In this document: positions 58,912 through 64,000 of the stretch, in pieces
How the letters are laid out: every line of letters starts with the position of its first letter
Position numbering within the stretch: the stretch's first letter is position 1
Assembly (NCBI GenBank): GCA_050014495.1
Contig: JBEKDF010000001.1
Span: forward strand, 160,001-224,000
Source: Candidatus Bathyarchaeia archaeon
Lineage (GTDB): Archaea; Thermoproteota; Bathyarchaeia; TCS64
DNA length: 64,000 bases
Reading direction: 5' to 3'
Position numbers and translations under genes: made by a program
The notes under the pieces: generated by a model
Told to the model about the DNA's origin: nothing
The model's database searches: none
Seen by the model: the letters and a program-made list of their open reading frames with translations, nothing else

Positions 58912-60747
58912 TTGAAGGGATGGACAGGAAGCCTCCTCAGGGTAGACCTGACGAAGGGTAAGGCGGCTCATACCGATTACACTGAGGAATTCGCCACTAA
59001 GTTCATGGGTGGGCGAGGCTTCGCCATCAAGCTCCTCTGGGACGAGCTGAAGCCAAACACTGACCCTCTCAGCCCGGATAATCTTCTCATCTTTGCAGGG
59101 GGACCATACGCCGGCTACGCCGTCCCCAATAGCGGGAAGATGGTCGTCGCCGCTAAGAGCCCCCTGACAGGGGGCTACGGTGACGGAAACCTCGGGACCT
59201 TGGCGACCCCCAACATGAGGAAAGCTGGCATCGACGGTATTATCGTGACGGGTAAGGCGAGGAAACCGACCTATATCTGGATAAACGACAACGAGGTTGA
59301 GCTCAAGTCCGCGGATGACCTCTGGGGCCTCGACGCCTATGAGACTGAGAAGCGGCTCAAGAGAGAGCATGGCGCATCGACTGGGGCCCTCGTTATCGGC
59401 CAGAGTGGTGAGAACCTCTGCCGCTTTGCTACAGTGGTCTGCCAGCAGGGACGAGCAGGAGGCCGCCCAGGTATGGGGGCAGTCATGGGGAGTAAGAACC
59501 TCAAGGCGATACTAATCCACGGTACCAAACTCCCAGAGGCTGCAGACCAATCCACACTAGATAGGCTCGGGAAGGAGGGCTTCGCAAACATACTCAAGCG
59601 TAACAACTCCACACATTGGACTGCCCAGGGAACCATGTCAACTGTCGAGTGGTGCCAGACCGCAAGCACCCTACCGACACGCAACTTCAGCGAGGGAGTC
59701 TTCGACCACAGCAAGGAGATCGATGGAAACACAATGGAGGCGTCCACCATCAAGCAGCAAGGCTGCCCTAACTGCAACATGATCTGCGGAAATGTTATAC
59801 TCGACACCAACGGCGAGGAATCGGAACTAGACTATGAAAACGTCGTCATGCTAGGCAGCAACATAGGGGTTGGAGACCTGAAGCAGGTCGGCCGCCTCAA
59901 CAGAATGTGCGACATGATGGGCCTCGACACCATCAGTGCGGGCAGCGCCCTCGGCTTCGCGATGGAAGCCTCCCAAAAGAAACTCGTAAATGACCTCAAA
60001 ATCGACTGGGGCGACTTCGAAGGCTCCCAGAAGCTGTTAGAGGATATGGCCTACATGCGTGGCCACGGCGCCCTCTTCGGCCTCGGAACCAAAGCCGCCG
60101 CCGAGAAGATCGGCCACGGAGCTATAGACTGGGCGATGCAGGTCAAAGGCCTAGAATGCAGCGCTTACGACTGCCACCTCTGCCCAGGGATGGCTCTCAG
60201 CTTCGGCACCAGTCCAATCGGAGCCCACCACAAGGATGCCTGGGTCATCAGCTGGGAGATAAGCACCGGCACTCGGGAAGAGTACAGCCCAGCCAAGGCG
60301 GATAAAGTCATCGAGTTCCAGAGGATCAGGGGCGGTATGTTTGAGTGTCTAGTCGCCTGCAGGTTCCCATGGATTGAACTCGGCTTCGAAACCGACTGGT
60401 ACCCGAAGTACTTCGAGGCCTCTACCGGCCTCAAGTGGAACCTCGACGACATGTGGGCCCTAGGCGACCGCGTCTACGCACTCATTCGGGCATTCTGGGT
60501 CCGCGAATTCCAGGGTAAGTGGGACAGGGGGATGGACTACCCACCTGAGCGCTGGTTCAAAGATCCTCTCACACAGGGACCTCTAATCGGGAAGAAACTC
60601 GATAAGGCAAAGTACGACACCCTGCTCAGCTACTATTATGAGAAGAGGGGATGGGACGAAAGAGGTATCCCGACGAAAGCCACCCTGGTAAAGCTCGGAC
60701 TCGAGAAAGAAGCTGAAGAACTAAACAAGGTGGTAATCCTCAAGTAA
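58912..60747 (+). CDS. Tungstopterin aldehyde:ferredoxin oxidoreductase (FOR/AOR-like)
   Basis: GGRG, KSPLTGGYGDGN.G, GRAGGRPGMGAVMGSKNLKA, GCPNCNMIC, LDYEN, D.MGLDTIS, GAHH, ACRFPW; TTG start after CAGGTGA. Confidence 0.92.
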   Translation: MKGWTGSLLRVDLTKGKAAHTDYTEEFATKFMGGRGFAIKLLWDELKPNTDPLSPDNLLIFAGGPYAGYAVPNSGKMVVAAKSPLTGGYGDGNLGTLATPNMRKAGIDGIIVTGKARKPTYIWINDNEVELKSADDLWGLDAYETEKRLKREHGASTGALVIGQSGENLCRFATVVCQQGRAGGRPGMGAVMGSKNLKAILIHGTKLPEAADQSTLDRLGKEGFANILKRNNSTHWTAQGTMSTVEWCQTASTLPTRNFSEGVFDHSKEIDGNTMEASTIKQQGCPNCNMICGNVILDTNGEESELDYENVVMLGSNIGVGDLKQVGRLNRMCDMMGLDTISAGSALGFAMEASQKKLVNDLKIDWGDFEGSQKLLEDMAYMRGHGALFGLGTKAAAEKIGHGAIDWAMQVKGLECSAYDCHLCPGMALSFGTSPIGAHHKDAWVISWEISTGTREEYSPAKADKVIEFQRIRGGMFECLVACRFPWIELGFETDWYPKYFEASTGLKWNLDDMWALGDRVYALIRAFWVREFQGKWDRGMDYPPERWFKDPLTQGPLIGKKLDKAKYDTLLSYYYEKRGWDERGIPTKATLVKLGLEKEAEELNKVVILK

Positions 60748-60853
60748 ATCCTACATTAACCACTAACTGAAAACAGGTATAGATGATGAGGATTAAGCGT
60801 GATGCTCGATTATGAGTTTGTGAAAAATGCACACGCCCCCCCTTAAAAAAAAG

Positions 60854-61270
60854 TTATTTCCTTGAGGTGATCGTGTACTTCACGCCCAAAGGCTTCAGCA
60901 CGTCATCGATTTTCTGGATAAGAGAGTTCAACTCAGCGAGGGTTGGCTCCCTGAACCATTCAAAGAAGAAATCGTAGTCACCCAGACGTTGCCCGGACTT
61001 GCTCACTAAATTCTCACACCGCTCAGGTGAAATATCATTCTTCAGGGGTGTAAAATACTCCATGGCCTCGGATGAACCAGCTGTAGCTGACATCCCGGTA
61101 CCTTGTTCGTTGTCTAGAGATAGGTAGGTCGCGATTAGAGGGTTCATTATGCAGACTTCCTTGAAGTCGATGGCCATCCTCTCTAGCGTCTTGATTGCTT
61201 CGTAGACAGGCGGTCCATAGATCTTTATGTAGCTTCTCAAGCTCTCCACTCGATCTGAACTTGGAAGCAC
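60854..61270 (-). CDS. Hypothetical protein
   Basis: 138-aa ORF with natural composition (YIKIYGPP...YDFFFEW...YTIT); no family recognised. Confidence 0.65.
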   Translation of the reverse strand: MLPSSDRVESLRSYIKIYGPPVYEAIKTLERMAIDFKEVCIMNPLIATYLSLDNEQGTGMSATAGSSEAMEYFTPLKNDISPERCENLVSKSGQRLGDYDFFFEWFREPTLAELNSLIQKIDDVLKPLGVKYTITSRK

Positions 61271-61428
61271 ATGTTATAAAGCCTAACTTTAGAGTCGCGT
61301 AACGTACTCGAAGAAGGAGTAGAGTTAAATGGCGGAATCTGAATAAAAGTGGGAACCGAGAATTGGTAATTATATAAATCTACGAAAACCGAGGAAAGAC
61401 CCTATCGATTCAAGTAGAGTGATGATTA

Positions 61429-62202
61429 TTATAGTCGATGGTGTGCTCGTTTGGAACCGCTAGATTTTTTCCAACCTATCTTTATCTGCTTTATATTGGG
61501 AGTTCTCGGGATTAGCTCGACTCTGAAGTTTACAAGTCTCTCAAGTTGTCCATCGAACTCTCCGATGAAGTTTGGCAGAGTTAGAACTGAGACGGAGGGG
61601 ACCCGTCGATAGATCTCCATAGGGGTCGCTGATAGCGTCAGTACCATGGGGACAAGGATGGCTCTTGTCCAGCTATCTATTCCTATTCGGCTAGTTAGTG
61701 TATCAACGAAACGTGAGAGGACCTCGGTCTTCTCGAGGTGTGTCTCGATTATACCCCGGGTCGTCTGGTTGCCCATCCCCCTCCCCCAATGTTTGCATTC
61801 TGCGCACACGATGTAAGGGGTCCTCACAGCGAGGAGGTCTATTTCCCACCTCCTGCCCTCAGCTGTGAATCTGAATCGCCGAAGGACTCGGAAGAGGTTC
61901 TCCTCGAGAACCTTCGCAGATATCTCCTCGAACTCCAACCAGCCGAGGTTTCTGCTGATTGACTCAAAATCTGCACCAACCTCTACGGCCCTCATGGCGA
62001 GTTTAAGACGCTGGTTGAGGCTCAGACTAATGTGACCATCTTCAACTGTAATTAGCTCCGCCTCACATAGCCGGCTGAGCACACCATTTAACGCCTCTGT
62101 TGTGATCCTCATCGACCCCCGAAGCTTATCAACGTCGACTGATTCTTCGTTAGTCAACGCAAGTAGTCGAGTGAGCACCAATCGGAGAGGGGCGGCATCC
62201 AT
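61429..62202 (-). CDS. Mrr-like PD-(D/E)xK nuclease-fold protein with N-terminal winged helix
   Basis: W.EFEE....L, EIDLLA, AECKHW; start codon uncertain. Confidence 0.72.
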   Translation of the reverse strand: MDAAPLRLVLTRLLALTNEESVDVDKLRGSMRITTEALNGVLSRLCEAELITVEDGHISLSLNQRLKLAMRAVEVGADFESISRNLGWLEFEEISAKVLEENLFRVLRRFRFTAEGRRWEIDLLAVRTPYIVCAECKHWGRGMGNQTTRGIIETHLEKTEVLSRFVDTLTSRIGIDSWTRAILVPMVLTLSATPMEIYRRVPSVSVLTLPNFIGEFDGQLERLVNFRVELIPRTPNIKQIKIGWKKSSGSKRAHHRL

Positions 62203-62300
62203 CTTCCTCAAAACGGGATGCGCAGGAGATGAGGGTTTCTCCAAAAGTATCCCGATTAATTCAAATGCGGACCCGTTGCTACATTTCCCTGGTGAGTTAA

Positions 62301-63083
62301 TTGGGTTTCTGGCCAAAGGGTTACAAGAGCTGCTTCTTCCTCAGCTTCGACTATGACGCCTCGAGCGCTGAGACCTGGAAGACCCCCGACGACCTCTCGT
62401 CGCTAAGCAAGGGGAGGTACGCACCGCGCGTCGCTGTCCCCCGAATACTGGACCTACTCGACAGACTTGAGATTAAGACAACGTTCTTCACGCCTGGGTG
62501 GACGTGCGACAACCACAGGGACTCACTCATCGATATAGTGAGCCGCGGCCATGAGGTTGCAGCGCACAGCTACGCCCATGAGCGGATGACAGAGCTATCC
62601 GCTGAGAAGGAGGCTGAGGTCTGGGAACGAAGCATTGCAGCACTAGAGCGCGTCGGCGTAAAACCACAAGGCTATAGGGCTCCGTACTGGATGTTTGGGG
62701 AGCGCAGCATCAACCACATGAAGCGATTAGGCTTCAAATATAGCAGCAACATGATGGACGAGGACATACCATACCTACTGAAACATAATGGTGTGGATAC
62801 TGGACTCGTGGAGCTACCAGTCGAATGGCTCCTGGACGACTGGCCCCATTTTGAGATGGATAGAATGGGTCCGGATGAGGTTTATAGGCTCTGGAAGCCT
62901 GAATGGGAGGGGCTTCACGAACTTGGACGATACTTTGGCCTAACATGCCACCCCGAGTGCATTGGGAGAGTGAGCCGACTCAAGATGTTAGAGAGGCTTG
63001 TCACCGAAGCGAAGAAAGGGAGCGACGTCTGGTTCCCGACGGGCAAGGAGCTCTCCGATTGGGCTAGCAAGAAGCTCAAGTAA
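62301..63083 (+). CDS. Polysaccharide deacetylase (CE4, PgdA/PuuE-like)
   Basis: SFDYDA, RILDLL, TFFTPG, GHEVAAHSYAH, GYRAP, LDDWPHF, CHP. Confidence 0.88.
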   Translation: MGFWPKGYKSCFFLSFDYDASSAETWKTPDDLSSLSKGRYAPRVAVPRILDLLDRLEIKTTFFTPGWTCDNHRDSLIDIVSRGHEVAAHSYAHERMTELSAEKEAEVWERSIAALERVGVKPQGYRAPYWMFGERSINHMKRLGFKYSSNMMDEDIPYLLKHNGVDTGLVELPVEWLLDDWPHFEMDRMGPDEVYRLWKPEWEGLHELGRYFGLTCHPECIGRVSRLKMLERLVTEAKKGSDVWFPTGKELSDWASKKLK

Positions 63084-63086
63084 GGC

Positions 63087-63995
63087 CTAGCTTAGGCTGA
63101 GCCAACCCCTCAAATAAAAGAATAAGCCGAGTAAAAACATAGTCAGGATACTTATAATTATCTCGACCCAAGGGAACCACCCAGAGAGTGTCCCGGATAT
63201 GTTTGAGCCGAATAGTGTATTGAATAGAGAGGGTACACCGATGATCACGGTAAGGGCTGCAATAAGCCTCATTGTCTTGTTTAGGTCTTGGCTCAGTGTA
63301 TCCATATGCATTCCGATGAGGTCTTGCATCGTCTCGTGCGTAACCTCCGTTGTCTCCACCGCACCAGTGGAGCGTTCGAAGAGCCCGTCAAACAACCTCT
63401 TTTCTAGCTCGTTTATACCGAGTTCTGTGTGATTGTCCGTTAGCGCCTCAGCGAGTCTTTTAAGGTGACGGAGCTGGCGGAGAAGACTGCTAGCTTCACG
63501 CCTAATCACGAAGGCCTCCATGTATGCGCTCCGTGGCCATGGGGGTGTCTGATCCTCCATCTTCTCGGCCTTGGCCTCGAAACTGTCGACGAAGTACTCG
63601 TAGGATTCCAAGACGTGGTCCAGGGTTAAGTAGATTACGCGGGCGGTGTTGGATAGGGAAGTATAGCGTGGGGACTCGTAGGATTGGGCGATCTTATTGC
63701 TTAGTCCAACCCATGAACGACTCACACTCACTACGATCAGCCCGTTCGTGAAGGCTATAACAGGGGTCATGTCACTCGTAATGTCCTTTCCCAATCCCTT
63801 CGTATTGAGGTACCAAGCGAATACCTTAGTGTAATCGGGGTAGGAGTCGACGTGAGAATAGTTGCTGCTGAGCTTTCCTATTAGAGAGCTGCGGGGGACT
63901 TTGAGAGCGGCCGCTAGTTTCTCAAGGTCTTCAATACTTGGATCAGTAACGTCGAACCACATTTTCTTCTTATTATTGGCGACAAGCTCCTCCAA
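63087..63995 (-). CDS. CorA-family divalent cation transporter (probably 5'-truncated by the window)
   Basis: WFDVTDPS, LN.TM.LIA.LT, two C-terminal TM helices; signature reads GSN rather than GMN. Confidence 0.78.
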   Translation of the reverse strand: MEELVANNKKKMWFDVTDPSIEDLEKLAAALKVPRSSLIGKLSSNYSHVDSYPDYTKVFAWYLNTKGLGKDITSDMTPVIAFTNGLIVVSVSRSWVGLSNKIAQSYESPRYTSLSNTARVIYLTLDHVLESYEYFVDSFEAKAEKMEDQTPPWPRSAYMEAFVIRREASSLLRQLRHLKRLAEALTDNHTELGINELEKRLFDGLFERSTGAVETTEVTHETMQDLIGMHMDTLSQDLNKTMRLIAALTVIIGVPSLFNTLFGSNISGTLSGWFPWVEIIISILTMFLLGLFFYLRGWLSLS

Positions 63996-64000
63996 ATTCG

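Noticed and set aside
61429..62202. Restriction-modification or defence system
   Set aside because: A lone PD-(D/E)xK gene with no methyltransferase or defence neighbours.

Overview
This window is archaeal chromosomal DNA. The gene content (TFB, two thermosome subunits, aIF5A with deoxyhypusine synthase, AglB, FBP aldolase/phosphatase, UbiD/AcnX mevalonate genes, F420 enzymes, four tungsten oxidoreductases) suggests a TACK-group anaerobic heterotroph such as Bathyarchaeia; the taxonomy is my inference. I call 54 protein genes, one tRNA-Ser(GGA) and four broken genes or remnants. No rRNA, CRISPR array or intact transposase is visible. Main points of interest: (1) three tandem WOR5/ASOR-like tungstoenzyme large subunits with two polyferredoxin small subunits, beside a divergent DASS anion transporter, a frameshifted ADP-ribosylglycohydrolase, a MoaD/SAMP protein, RidA and a fourth FOR/AOR-type enzyme; (2) cysK paired with a SerK-like (ParB-fold) serine kinase next to serS; (3) a Phr/HSR1-like repressor upstream of the thermosome pair, with matching 14-bp-period symmetric boxes in both promoters; (4) a frlB...frlD Amadori-sugar island with a GH5-like enzyme; (5) a structured tfb leader, a folC with an altered DGAHN motif, and CGCG-core motifs in most long intergenic spacers. 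All family calls come from motif recognition by eye; no searches were run. Start codons are best estimates.
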